From Phaeosaccion multiseriatum (taxonomy: Eukaryota; Protista; Ochrophyta, other classes): a stretch of DNA of 64,000 bases. Both the position numbers and the translations under genes were made by a program. Each line of letters begins with the position of its first letter. The first letter of the stretch is position 1. The stretch spans positions 1,488,001-1,552,000 of the forward strand of contig OZ218956.1 in the NCBI GenBank assembly GCA_965112735.1. Reading direction: 5' to 3'. Below the pieces are notes generated by a model. The model saw only the letters and a program-made list of their open reading frames with translations, did not search any database and was not told the origin of the DNA. Below, piece after piece: positions 34,741 through 47,726 of the stretch.

Positions 34741-35668
34741 TGCCGTCACAGATCCAGAATAGGATTAGAACATTCAACATCCAACTCTGCCGCAGGCAAC
34801 AGCCAGCCACTACGAAACTCGAGGTTAAGGTTGCATTATCAAATGCCGCCCTTCCCGTTCTTTATTGCTTGCTCTCTGTTTGTCATTCGCCACGGCCACT
34901 GGCGTCTCGATAACCCCACCATTGCTGCACGCTGTCCATTGACCGCTGCCGCTTCGTATTGCCTCGGTCCTTGCCAGTCTTCTACAGCGTCACTTCCTCA
35001 TCTTTTCTCTCCTCCTCTTCTTCCTCTTCGCGTCATTGGTCGTCCGAAGAACCGAAGAATTAAGAATTTAAAAGGGGGGATGAGAAGGGAACTGTTCAGC
35101 CGTCGCTCGCCAAAAACTTTATATCTTTTACAGTATCTTTTCATTTCTTTCCTTCTCTTGGGGGGCCGCTCGGGGGGGGGGAGAGTGCGGGCCCAGGGGG
35201 GCTCGCCCTCCCTCCCTGTGTGCAGGCACTTTCCTGGCAACTATGGCGACAGGAGAGCGAGGTGGGGAGAGAAATCACGTAACAGGTAAATCGTTTGAGG
35301 AGCGGCGGGCAAACCGGGAGAGGCACGGGCGGGCGTGTGGTGAGGAAGAAAAGGGGGAGAAGGACTGCCCAATAACCTTGGTCTACGAGTGTATCCGAAT
35401 CGACGGAACATTTTCTTCTCCGATTGAGATTGGACTGCCTCCTCTCCTCCTCGCACATTTTATGGCTGCTTCGTCTCGCCGCAACCTCCTGTCTGCTGTG
35501 TGAATCCACTGCTCTGCAGGCTTCTGCTTGATTCAGTGTCGAGAGATGTGGCAGATTTATCAAGTTGCGGCCGGAGCCTTAATGACGGCTTGTTATGCTT
35601 GGCCCCTGTTTCTTGCTTGCCTGCCTTTCGTCGCAGCGGGCATTTGGAGAGTCTGCGAGACTACAGCC

Positions 35669-38600
35669 ATGCTCTCCCCCGTGAAGCAGAACAGCTTCGG
35701 GAGGTGGGCCCTCAGTCTGGTGCTGTGCCTCCTCGCAGCAACACCACCCGCAGCTCTCGCATGTCCACCGGGCCAGGAACCAGCACCAGCAGGCCTTTCC
35801 CGTAAGTTCCAAAGGGCGGGGCTGGCTGGCTGCTGCGTGGGGCGTGGTGCGGCCGTGATCCGCTGCGCGCCATCCAGTAGGCCTAGGTAGGCAGCAACTG
35901 CAGCCCCCCCAGGCCGGGCAATTTTCCAAAATAGGCCTAGGCCGCTAGGCGTGCACGGGGCCGACACGGCCGGCCGGGAGGGAGGCTACTAGGTAGCTTG
36001 CTTAGCTACGGCCGGGGGGTTGTAGCGAAGCTCTGAATGAGCGACTGGAGCTGCAGCCATGTGGAAGGCGAGGGTGAGGGTGTCTACACAACCTGCTTTT
36101 TTGCCTCATCTTCTCTCTTCCCACTTTCTCTTCCTCTCGTCACGCGCTCTTCAGCTTCTTGCACAAACTGCCCACTGGGTACATACAACAACGAAGAAGG
36201 TGCATCAGGTCAGTCCAAATGGTGTTGACTGATGTGTCGTGATATAAGGCCAACATATGTGGGGCATGGTGGTGCCGTGTGTTGTTACCCGCCGCCCACT
36301 CTCACTCTCGGACATCGATGCACTTCATCGCTCAAGTTGTTTTGCCACAGCCAACCTTCTTGCCTCCCCCTTCCTCCCCACCCTCTCTCTCACTCGCTTC
36401 GTCTGCTCCAGCCTGCGAGGGCTGCCAGTGTCAAGTCGGGATGGTATGCATCCCTTCGACGGGTGAATGTGGTGAGTGAGTGATGGCGCACGAATTCTGG
36501 AAGCTGTGTTCATTATCTAGCACCTTGCCTCTTCCAGCCACATGCGGGGAAGCAAGACACCCCACCCAGGCGGTTGATCTGTCCGTCGTTTTCGTTGTGC
36601 TTGCTTCACGTGCCTGAGCTTGCTCAAGAGCCGTGCATCCTTAGCCCTGAAGTCCCCCCCCCCCCCCGCCCTGGCTGCCCTTTTCCCTGGGCTGGACTCT
36701 GTCTCCGTACCTGATTTTCCGTCTGACTCTCCCTCCCCTCCCCCTTCTCTGACATCTCCTATCGCCCTGTTCTTCCTGACTTCCTCCACCCCATCGTCCT
36801 CCTCATCCTTCTCTCCGCCCATCATCGACTCTTCCTGCCTCTCGCCCTGCCTCGATAAGCAACCCCCATCCCGTGCTTTTCCTCCTCGGGCAAGAGCCTC
36901 ATCTCATCTCACCTGACTGCCAGCTAATCAGCACCCCTTCTTCCTTGCCTCACCTGGCCTGGCCTGGCCTGCCTGGCCTGCTGTTGTTCCGTGTGGCGAG
37001 TCCGACTTTCGCGGAATAGCCCTCGTCAGCCAGGCCAGCTCAATTGAAGTTGTATCCACCCGCCCACTAACGCGCCCTCGCACTGCTGCTCACGCCCCCC
37101 TTTCCCTGTGTGGCCTCCTCACTGCTTCTTCTTCTCTATGGTTATGCTACATCTTTCCTTGACCGCACTCTCCCTCCTCTTGCCTGCTGCATGAGAAGCC
37201 TCCTTCGCATCCGGCACTGGCATTTCAGAGCACATTTTCATCCCTCAGCCGGGCGTCACTCGCGACGAAGCGATGGATATATGTGCGGCCAATGGGGCCG
37301 CCCTCGTGTCCGTCAACGACCAGACCGAAGACGGGTACGTCAAGGGTCTCATCCCAGATGATACCAACAACGCCCATGTCTGGGTTAGCTTCGAGCGGGA
37401 AGCAAGCACTGCCAAGAGCAACACAGCATTCACATGGGCAGACGGCACGGCGACGGCGGAGAACACGATGGCGGGCGATAGATGGGGCTGGAAGACCAAC
37501 CAGCCGAACAGTAGGGGCAACGACCAGCTCTGTGGCTCGTATTACTTCGAAGACAGGTTCGAGCCCGGCTGGAGCGATATTCCCAGCAGCGACGACCCTG
37601 GCCCTGTGGCTGGCTTCATCTGCGAGCGAGGCATAGGTGCGTAAGGTAGTGGCCTGATGAGGGCTTGGTTGGAAGTGGCGGTACCACACTATTGCGCGCG
37701 CGTTGCTTAAGGGGGAAACGCCCTCTTCATCCTCTTCCACCTCGCTCCTCCTTCTTCATGTTGTAGGTTGTTCACGATCATCACCACCTCCTCCTAGTCC
37801 ACCATCTCTTGCTCTACAGCCCCCCCCCCCCCCCTCTTCCCCGCTTGAAGGGAAAGCGCCTTTTCCTCCTCATCCCCGCTCCTGCTCTTCCTCCACCTCC
37901 ACCACCACCTCCTCCTCCTCCTCCTCCTACTACTACTACTACTCCACCAACTCTTCCACCACCACATCCTCCTCCCCCGCCTCCTCCTCCAACAAGTATT
38001 CCACCCCCCTCTCTTCCCCTTCTGGTCTAACCTCTTAGTCTGCATCGTATTTCGGGCCCTTAGGCACTGATTTGAATTCACCCGCCCCCCAACACGCCCT
38101 TCCGCTGCTACTCGTGTCTTCCTCCTTTTGCTCGTGTCTTCCTCCTGCTGCCGTGCGGCCTGCTTCACTTGCGGCCCCTACTCCTCGAATGGTTGTGACA
38201 CACCATGGGTGGCTGTCACTGAGCAGTGGACTTCACCCAGAGCAATACCTACACCTCTTCGGCCTCGGAGTACTTCTACGTCCCTCAGCCGGGCGTCACT
38301 CGCGACCAAGCGACTGCCCGGTGTGAGCTGAATGGGGCCGCCCTCGTGTCCGTCAACGACCAGACCGAAGACGGGTACGTCAAGGGTCTCATCCCAGATG
38401 ATACCAACAACGCCCATGTCTTGGTTAGCTTCGAGCGGGAAGCAAGCACTGCCAAGAGCAACACAGCATTCACATGGGCAGACGGCACGGCGACGGCGGA
38501 GAACACGATGGCGGGCGATAGATGGGGCTGGAAGACCAACCAGCCGAACAGTAGGGGCAACGACCAGCTCTGTGGCTCGTACTACTTCGAAGACAGGTTC

Positions 38601-41600
38601 GAGCCCGGCTGGAGCGATGTTCCCTGCAGCGACTTCCCTGCAGTGGTTGGCTTCGTCTGCGAGCGAAGCAAAGGTGCGTGAGAAAATCTCAGTGTTCTGA
38701 AGAGGACTTGGTTGGACGTGGTGGTCACACACAATGCCCGCGTGCGGCTTCAGGGGGATACGCTTTCTTCATCCCCGCTCCTCCTCCTCCTCCTCCTCCT
38801 CCTCCTCCTCCTCCTCCTCCTCCTCCTCCTCCTCCTCCTCCTCCTCCTCCTCCTCCTCCTCCTCCTCCTCCTCCTCCTCCTCCTCCTCCTCCTCCTCCTC
38901 CTCCTCCTCCTCCTCCTCCTCCTCCTCCTCCTCCTCCTCCTCCTCCTCCTCCTCCTCCTCCTCCTCCTCCTCCTCCTCCTCCTCCTCCTCCTCCTCCTCC
39001 TCCTCCTCCTCCTCCTCCTCCTCCTCCTCCTCCTCCTCCTCCTCCTCCTCCTCCTCCTCCTCCTCCTCCTCCTCCTCCTCCTCCTCCTCCTCCTCCTCCT
39101 CCTCCTCCTCCTCCTCCTCCTCACTTACGCGCTGTCCGTAGTCGCGGAACATATGTGCTGGCCTTGTCGAGTAGCCTATGCCATGCCCTCCTCCTCCTTT
39201 GCCCCCTCCCTTCCCTCTCCCTTCGTATGCGATAGGTCAAAGTACCACCCCCCTTATCCTCCTCCTCCGGCTTCGACAGGGCTGTGTGCTTTGATTTATC
39301 GCGGGCACCGCCTGACACTGACGCCTAGTACTCCTTGTTTCACCCCCATCTGCTCTTTGCCTGTTCTCATATCTGGACCGCTGTGATGGTGTTGATTCTT
39401 TCCTCCCACGGGCTGCTCACACTGCCTTCCCTCTTCGAACGCATGTCCGTTCGCTCGGACGGCTCCGTGGATGACTGCCCTTGGGACCATTGTGCACTCT
39501 TCTTCTGCTTGCTCGCCTGTGCCAACAAGAGCCCGGCAAGTAAGTGCCCCTCTGAGAATGAGAGTTCCCCATGGACCCTTCCTTTTCTCCTCACCTTACT
39601 GAGCCACCCCTCCTGCTGCCCAAATGTCGAAATGCAGACAGCCCATCACCCCCAGCGCATGCGAGGTCTCCATCTTACATGTCGGTGCCCTCTCTCCCCC
39701 CACCCTGCCCTCGCTACTCATGTGCCCTAACTCTGACAGGCAGGTCGTGATTGAAGTGCTCCGGGCGGACACTATCCCTGGTGGGCCTGATGGTATCCTC
39801 AATCTGGCTGAAGTTGCTTGTTATGATGGCGGCAGCACGAAGATTCCGCTAGACGGCATCACCTTGAGCTCCCTCTACAGACCCTCCACGTTTCTTGCCA
39901 CTCGATGCACCGACGACGACGACACAACCTTCTGTCACTCCGACGAGAACCCGAACGAAGGAGAAGCCGGCAGCCTCACTCTCTACCTTTCTGGCGGACG
40001 TGACCAAGTTGTTACGTCCTGCGAGGTCACTAACCGTGGCAATTGCTGCAAGGACCGCATCAACGGCGCGAGCTTCAAGATCCTCGACGCGGACGGTACT
40101 ACTGAGCTCTACGCCAGCACTTTCCCCTCGTCCGAACAAGACACATACATTTTTGGTAAGTACACGTGGCTGCGTCATGCCCCCGCGGGGTGGGGGGGGG
40201 GGAGTAGAGGGCGATCAAAACTTGTCAGCTGCCATGGTTGAGCTGCTCTTCGATCATATCCCCACCGTAAATGTCGAGGCTGTGCGTACAAACTTACTCT
40301 TGCCTCAAGAAGTGATGTGCCCACAGCCCCTGACGTGGATGCCACCCGCCCCCAGCCAGACGCACCCCTCGCACTGCTGATGCCCCTCGCCCCCCCCACC
40401 TTCCCTTCGTCTGGACAGCGTGTGCCTCAGACTCAACCTCAGCCCTGTGCCCCTCCTGCTCTGTAATCGGCATGCCCATTGGACGATCAATCCCCGCTTG
40501 CCCGCAGCTTGCTACTCACTCCCCTTGCTTTGTGCTTCTTGTCTCCTTTGCCGCTCCTCGCCTTTTGCCCATCTCCTTCCCCTGTCCCTACCATGACTTA
40601 CAGACGTTTCCGCGAAGCCGATCTGCGAGGCGGGCGGTGGAGACTACGTCACCTCCTCCGACACGTGCACCTGCACTTCTGTGAACCCCCTCGATCAACT
40701 TGTGTGTGGGGGACAGGTCTGCCAGGTGGGTACGGTTGCGCCTTTCACCAGCGCTTCTCGCCAAGTCCTTGACTCGCCCCCATGCACTTCCCGCGCTCTT
40801 TGCCACTACAGTCACTCCCTCTCTCTCTACACCAACAGCCTGCTGCCTGCCACTCTTCCTGTACCCCCTGCATCTATCTGCGTGTAGAGTTGCTGTCCCC
40901 CTCCTTGAAGAGGGGCTAGGCGTTGTCAACGCCTTCACCGTACCAATCTCTCTTTCGAGGAAGTGGGCACATGACTGACTTTTGTTCCGCCGCTCCACTT
41001 AATCACGTTGCGCTGTGCTACGTCCCTTCTTCCCTGCCACAAACCGCTCGCCTTCCCTCATGCCACGGTCACGACTCACCAAAACATCCGCAACGATTGG
41101 TTGGCTGGGCCACACCGCGAACATGCCCCCTGTGCCCCCTGTCTACTGCTCGTCCTCACGGCGGCCTGTGGTTGGCTCCCTCGCCACCCTCCTTCGGCTG
41201 ACGCTGCTGCTCTTCACTGCCACGCTCTTCGCATTTTTTCCTGATGGCTGCATTGCTTCTTCGACGTCCCAGGGCACCACATTCAGGGTGAGTGTTTGCT
41301 ATCGCTCGTTCCATCCGCCGTTTGGCTCACACGCCAGGCAGGGGCTGAGAAGTGGTTCTGAGTGTGGCCTCTGCCGCTTGTTGATTGACGTTTGAGATTC
41401 GCCTTTCATTGTATTAGTGCTTTCTTTGCGACACAGCTTTAGCACCTACCTGGCCTTCGTGCCAGTCTAAGCCTGCGCCGTCGCTGTCTGCCAGGGTCGG
41501 GTCCCCCTTCTCCCCCCCCCTCCTTCGGCTGCTTTCATATTGATGCATCATATCGACTCTGCTCACTCCGCCCCCCTCTCTCGCTTGTCCCCACCTCACA

Positions 41601-44600
41601 ATGCTGCTCATCCTGAAGAACTGCGCTGTTGACTGCACGGAAAGCGGTAGCTGCGAGGTGAGTTCGTTTTGGCATAAGGGGGTAGTAGACGTTACACACG
41701 AGTTAGCGGGGACAGGGCGTTGGGGTGCCTCGCCACCTTCTCGCGCCCCCTCCTTCCCACCCCATTTTCTCTCATGCTTGCTCTGCTTTTCTATATTTAG
41801 TTGGTCTCCTCGCCATGTGTGTGGTAATCCTGTCTCGCGGCCTCCTTTCTGTTTGTCACCTTCCGCTTCTCGCTCGCTCCTGTGCGTTCCTCGCCTCCTT
41901 GCGAGCAAGCCTTGTACCCTCCGCCCTCTCCACATGTCTTTGCGTGCACCTGGGCCCTGACGAAGCGAGAATGGACAGGGTGGATGCTATTCTCCTGCTC
42001 ATCCTCTCGAAAGCGCTCTCCCAACACGTGATTGCTCTCTGTGACCTCGCCCCAACCGCCCTCTACAGAATGTTGTCCTGCAGGGAAGTTCCTACGCCAG
42101 TTGCGGAGCGACCAATGCTTGCAGTAACCTTGAGGTGTGTGTGTCACAAATGAGAGGGGGTGGGGGAAAGCCAAGCACGTCGCCGGCCGTGGTCACCCAC
42201 GAGGTTTTTCTATTAACCGCACCTCTGCTGTCTCCTCCGTCGCTCTCTGTCATGCCTCGCGCCGCTGTGAACAACAGACCGAGGAAGACGCATGCTGCCA
42301 GGGGTGGTAAGTGATCGCAGCAGAGTGATGTGCTTGCTGTGCGTGTCCTTGGCGGCGCGGGAGGGCCGTACGAGCTGTTGGCGAACCCCCCCCACACACG
42401 CGGTCGGGCCCTCGCATTTGTCTCGCTCTCTCCTCCTTTGTGCGCTCATGTTTGTTTGCGTTCTGCCGTGCCGCCTCCGTGTTTCCCGTGAATGCTCTAC
42501 CCGTGCGACTTCAATCATACCAAAAAGCCCTTCTGCTGGGGATACGCTCACGTGTGTAGGTAAGAACGGAGTGATACGATAACACGGGCGGCATGGGCTT
42601 TGAAAGCTGTTACACACTGAGCACCCCATAGTGGTCACTCGCTGCTCATTGCCTTGCTGACTGACAGCGTTCGCTAACTGGCTGTTTCTGTCCTTTTCCC
42701 TTCCACCCCTCGGCCTGGTGGTTTTGCTCTCCTCGTGCCACCCTCTTTGCTGCTCTGCTGGTGGGCGGCGCGGCTTCCTTCTCATCCCCGGACTGGTCGG
42801 CATGGTCGTGACGCTGCGTTGTTGCTTCCTGCAGACCCCGACGGAGATGGGATTCCGGACGATTTCGACAAGTGAGTGCACTGAGACATGGAGAGTATCG
42901 AAGCAGAGTGATGCCGTGCTTACGCGCCTTGCGTGTGTGTGTGTGCGCAATGCCCCCGCGTGTCGAAGAGGGTCCACACTGACTGCATTACTTCCTCCCC
43001 CCCTCGTGCTGACTCCTCGCAGCTGCCCGGACACAGCCAACTCCAAGCAAGACGACAGCAATAATGACGGAATAGGAGACGCGTGTGGTGAGAAAGGGCA
43101 GGGCTCGGGGAGAAGCACTCCATTCTGCACGTCCAAACTTAGACTATACATCTCCAGCGCGTTGCCCCTCGTCTTGCGCGCTGGCGTTCCTCCCCCTCCT
43201 CCGCCTCCCCCTCCCCCTCCTTCTCCTCCTCCTCCTCCTCCTCCTCCCTCCTCCTCCCTCCTCCTCCTCCTGTACCTCCGCCGCCTCCTCCGCCGCCGCC
43301 TCCTCCTCCTCCTCCTCCTCCTCCTCCTCCTCCTCCTCCTCCTCCTCCTCCTCCTCCTCCTCCTCCTCCTCCTCCTCCTCCTCCTCCTCCTCCTCCTCCT
43401 CCTCCTCCTCCTCCTCCTCCTCCTCCTCCTCCTCCTCCTCCTCCTCCTCCTCCTCCTCCTCCTCCTCCTCCTCCTCCTCCTCCTCCTCCTCCTCCTCCTC
43501 CTCCTCCTCCTCCTCCTCCTCCTCCTCCTCCTCCTCCTCCTCCTCCTCCTCCTCCTCCTCCTCCTCCTCCTCCTCCTCCTCCTCCTCCTCCTCCTCCTCC
43601 TCCTCCTCCTCCTCCTCCTCCTCCTCCTCCTCCTCCTCCTCCTCCTCCTCCTCCTCCTCCTCCTCCTCCTCCTCCTCCTCCTCCTCCTCCTCCTCCTCCT
43701 CCTCCTCCTCCTCCTCCTCCTCCTCCTCCTCCTCCTCCTCCTCCTCCTCCTCCTCCTCCTCCTCCTCCTCCTCCTCCTCCTCCTCCTCCTCCTCCTCCTC
43801 CTCCTCCTCCTCCTCGTGGGGCTCTGCCATTTATTGAGCACTGCAGTGTCTGTTGGCAAGCTGACTTTCCCACCTCGTTGCGTGTGGCACTCCATGATCT
43901 GATGGTGCCCTCTTTGCTGCTCTACTGGTGGGCGGGGTGGCTTGCTTCTCATCGCCGAACTTGTCATCATGGTCGTGTCGCGGGGATGTGTGCTTCCTTA
44001 TCACCCAGACATCGACGGAGACGGGATTGTGGACGCAGATGACAAGTGAGTGGACGCTGCAGGAGGGTGTAGCGTGTGTGTGTGCGCGCCAGTTTTTTTG
44101 CCCACGAGTGCGCCAACGTTTGATCGGTTTCAGCCAGGCGCAGTCATAGTAACATGGCCGTGCCCTGGTATCCGACCACTGACTGCCATGCATTGCCTCC
44201 TCCCCTTTGCCCTGTGCAGTTGCCCTGGGGTTGCAAACGCTGATCAACAAGACCTCGACGGAGACGGAGAAGGAGATGCTTGTGATGATGGTGAGGGATG
44301 GGTCTTAAGGCAGAGAAGTGGCGAAGGAAAAACCCTGTCATTGCTTTGTTGAGCACTGCTCTGCGTGATGGCAAGCTGACTTTCCCACCTCGTTGCGTGT
44401 GGCACTCCATGGTCTGATGGTGCCCTCTTTACTGCTCTACTGGTGGGCGGCGCGGTGTGCTTCTCATCCCCTAACTTGGCTTCATGCTCATGCTGCTGCC
44501 TGGGATGTGTGCTTCCTTTTCATCCAGACACCGACGGAGACGGGATTGCGAACGCAGACGACAAGTGAGTGCACTGAGATATGGAGAGAATCGAAGCGGA

Positions 44601-47600
44601 GTGATGCCGTGCTGACGTGCTTTGCGTGTGTGTGCGTGCGCAACGCCGCCGTGTGTCGAAGAGGGTCTACACTGACTTTAGTACTTCCTCCCCCCCTCGT
44701 GCTGACTCCTCGCAGCTGCCCGCTCACTGCCAACTCCGACCAAGACGACGGCAATGATGACGGAGTAGGAGACGCGTGTGGTGAGAAAGGGCAGGGCTCG
44801 GGGAGAAGACTCCACACACTTAGATTCTATGCAAGTCCTTCGAACAACATGGGGCCATGTGGTATGACTGTGGTCTGACTGTGGTCTGACTATCGTCGCC
44901 TGACTGTAGTAAGGTCCTGATCCTCCCATCTGCTCCTTGCTTTCTTCCTGCCATCTGGACTCCACACCCTCCCTGGTTACATGCTCGGGGCCTCTCTTTG
45001 CTTGTGCTCTGCTCTGCTCTCCCTGTTGTTTTGTTGCCCACATTGTACGCCAGACCTGAGCCTTCTATGCACGGAGTCATACATTCCGAACCCCCCTTTC
45101 AGGGGAACATGCACGTGTGCCTCTACTTCTGATCAAGTGGTCTGTACCGGCTTGTTTTGCCAGGTGCGTGCGCAGGCAGGGCATCGTCTCACCAGCGATG
45201 GATGGGCCCCGTGCGCCTCCTTGCTCGTTGACCCATTGAGTCCTCGACCCCGACTCTTTGAATCCTCTGCTGATGCGTGGTTCTGCTTGTGCTCTGTGAG
45301 TCTTGGCATCTGTATGCGAGTAAACGAACCCTTCTGACACGCACCCTCTTGCCTCTTATCTTTGCCTCTGCCTTGCCCTTGCTTGGCACCTGCGGCGTCT
45401 GTCTACACTGTGCGGCCGGCCCCGTCCTCATGTTGTTGGGTATCGTGCATGGGGGTCGTCGGACATGGTCGCTCCTTCCCCACTCGTACCCGCGCGTCTC
45501 CTCCTCGCCTCAACAGAGGGCGACATTTGTGGTGAGGGAGCGAATCCTTTCCTTTTCATCTTGCTTGACTTGTGGCAACTCACCCTCGTTCTTGCGCCAT
45601 TTTGATCTAAGCCTGTGCGTACGGACCCACGCTCATCCCAACACCCCAACACCCCGCTGTTGCCCTTTGTCATGCTTTGCTCATGTCTGTCATGACATGC
45701 GGCTGCTCCCTTCCGCCCCTGGCTGCGGCCCACCTCGCCTCTGCTCAACCGTCATGAAGAATTGCGCCGTGACCTGTACGGATTATCGCAGCTGCCAAGT
45801 GAGTGAGGAAGTCTCTTGTAACAGCTACTGCCCCCTCATCAGTCAGCCAGCCCAAGAACTCCACTCTCGCTGCCCGGCCGTCCGATTGGATTTTAGACTT
45901 TGTGTCATACCCTCCTGTGCCACAGGTGGCTGCAGGGAGGGCCCATACGTTGAGCCTTTCTCCTCTCCTGACCTCCCCCCTGTGCCCCTCGCTCTGCTGG
46001 CCTCCTGCCCTCTTTTCTCTTCAACACACACCCTGCTCCACACAGTATGCCTTTTTCCAAGACACTTCGACCGCCACCTGCTCAGGGGAGGACTCCTGTC
46101 ACGTGAGTTCTCAGTCCGCTCTCGCGGCCTGCTTGGCCGATTGTGTATCTTACTTGTGTCCTACCACTGGCGGTACACACCCCAGGCCTCCCCCCTCTCC
46201 TGACCTCCCCCCTGTGCCCCTCGCTCTGCTGGTCTCCTGCCCTCTTTTCTCATCAACACACACCCTGCTCCACACAGGAGGCCCTTTTCCAAGACACTTC
46301 GACCGCCACCTGCTCAGGGGAGGACTCCTGTTACGTGAGTTCTCAGTCCGCTCTCGTAGCCTGCTTGGCCGATTGTGTATCTTGTGTCGTGCCACTGGCT
46401 GGCGGCACACACCCCAGGCCTCCCCCCTCTCCTGACCTCCCCCCTGTGCCCCTCGCTCTGCTGGTCTCCTGCCCTCTTTTCTCATCAACACACACCCTGC
46501 TCCACACAGTATGCCATTTTCCGAGACACTTCGACCGCCACCTGCTCAGGGAAGAGCTCCTGTTACGTGAGTTCTCAGTCCGCTCTCGTAGCCTGCTTGG
46601 CCGATTGTGTATCTTGTGTCGTGCCACTGGCTGGCGGCACACACCCCAGGCCTCCCCCCTCTCCTGACCTCCCCCCTGTGCCCCTCGCTCTGCTGGTCTC
46701 CTGCCCTCTTTTCTCTTCAACACACACCCTGCTCCACACAGTATGCCGAGTTTTATGACACTTCGACCGCAACCTGCTCAGGGGAGAGCTCCTGTTTGGT
46801 GAGTTCTCAGTCCGCTCTCGCTGCCTGCTTGGCCGATTGTGTATCTTACTTGCGTCGTACCACTGGCGGCACACACCCCAGGCCTCCCCCCTCTCTGACC
46901 TCCCCCCTGTGCCCCTCTGCTGACCTCGCACACCCGCCCTGTTTTCTCATCAACGCCCACCCTGCTCCCCTCGAACAAGTCTGCGGACTTGCTTTGAAGG
47001 CAATTCGATCGCAACTTGCGCCGAACCTTACTCCTGTTTTGTGCTTTATTCGTCTCAGCCCACGTTCGCCCTCCTAACCTGGCTATTTCTGTGGCTTACT
47101 TGTTCTGTCGCACCGCCGCTGAACGGCCCATGCCTCAAGCCTTGCTCCTCTCCTGACCTCCCCTCTGTGCAACTGGCCTCTTGCTGACTCACATCGTCAA
47201 CCCCCACACAGGATGCCGACCTTTATTCCAATTCGGCCGCCATCTGCACCGCTGAAACGGCCTGCAGTAATCTCGAGGTGTGTGTGTAAAGGGAAGTGGG
47301 CCAGTCCATGCAAGGGGAAGTACAAGATACACGCTTGTACGTCTCAGATGATGTGATATGTGATACGATGACTGACCATGCATCCGCGCCTGTCTCCCAC
47401 CTTTCCTTGCATCACTCTCGGCTGTGGCTAATAGACAAGTGAGCGTGGTTCTTCATGCTGCCTGGCCACGGTGGATGGAGCTTGGTAAGTGGGTAGTCGC
47501 AGGCAGAGTGCCTTTGAGGAGTGCATTTACTCTCCTGCAGGGGCTGAGTGTTGGCCAAGAAGGCAAGGAGCGCCAATCTCACCCCTCGCGCTTACACCCC

Positions 47601-47685
47601 CCCCCCTTTCCCTTTTGAACTCTCTCCTTTGCCTTCTTGAACCCCGCCCGTGTGCATCCCTGCAACATTTTTAGCCCAACCACGA

Positions 47686-47726
<41 letters not shown>

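Noticed and set aside
46980-47040. Selenocysteine or stop readthrough at the in-frame TGA
   Set aside because: The TGA is created by a 4-nt insertion relative to paralogous exons. The standard code fits all genes.
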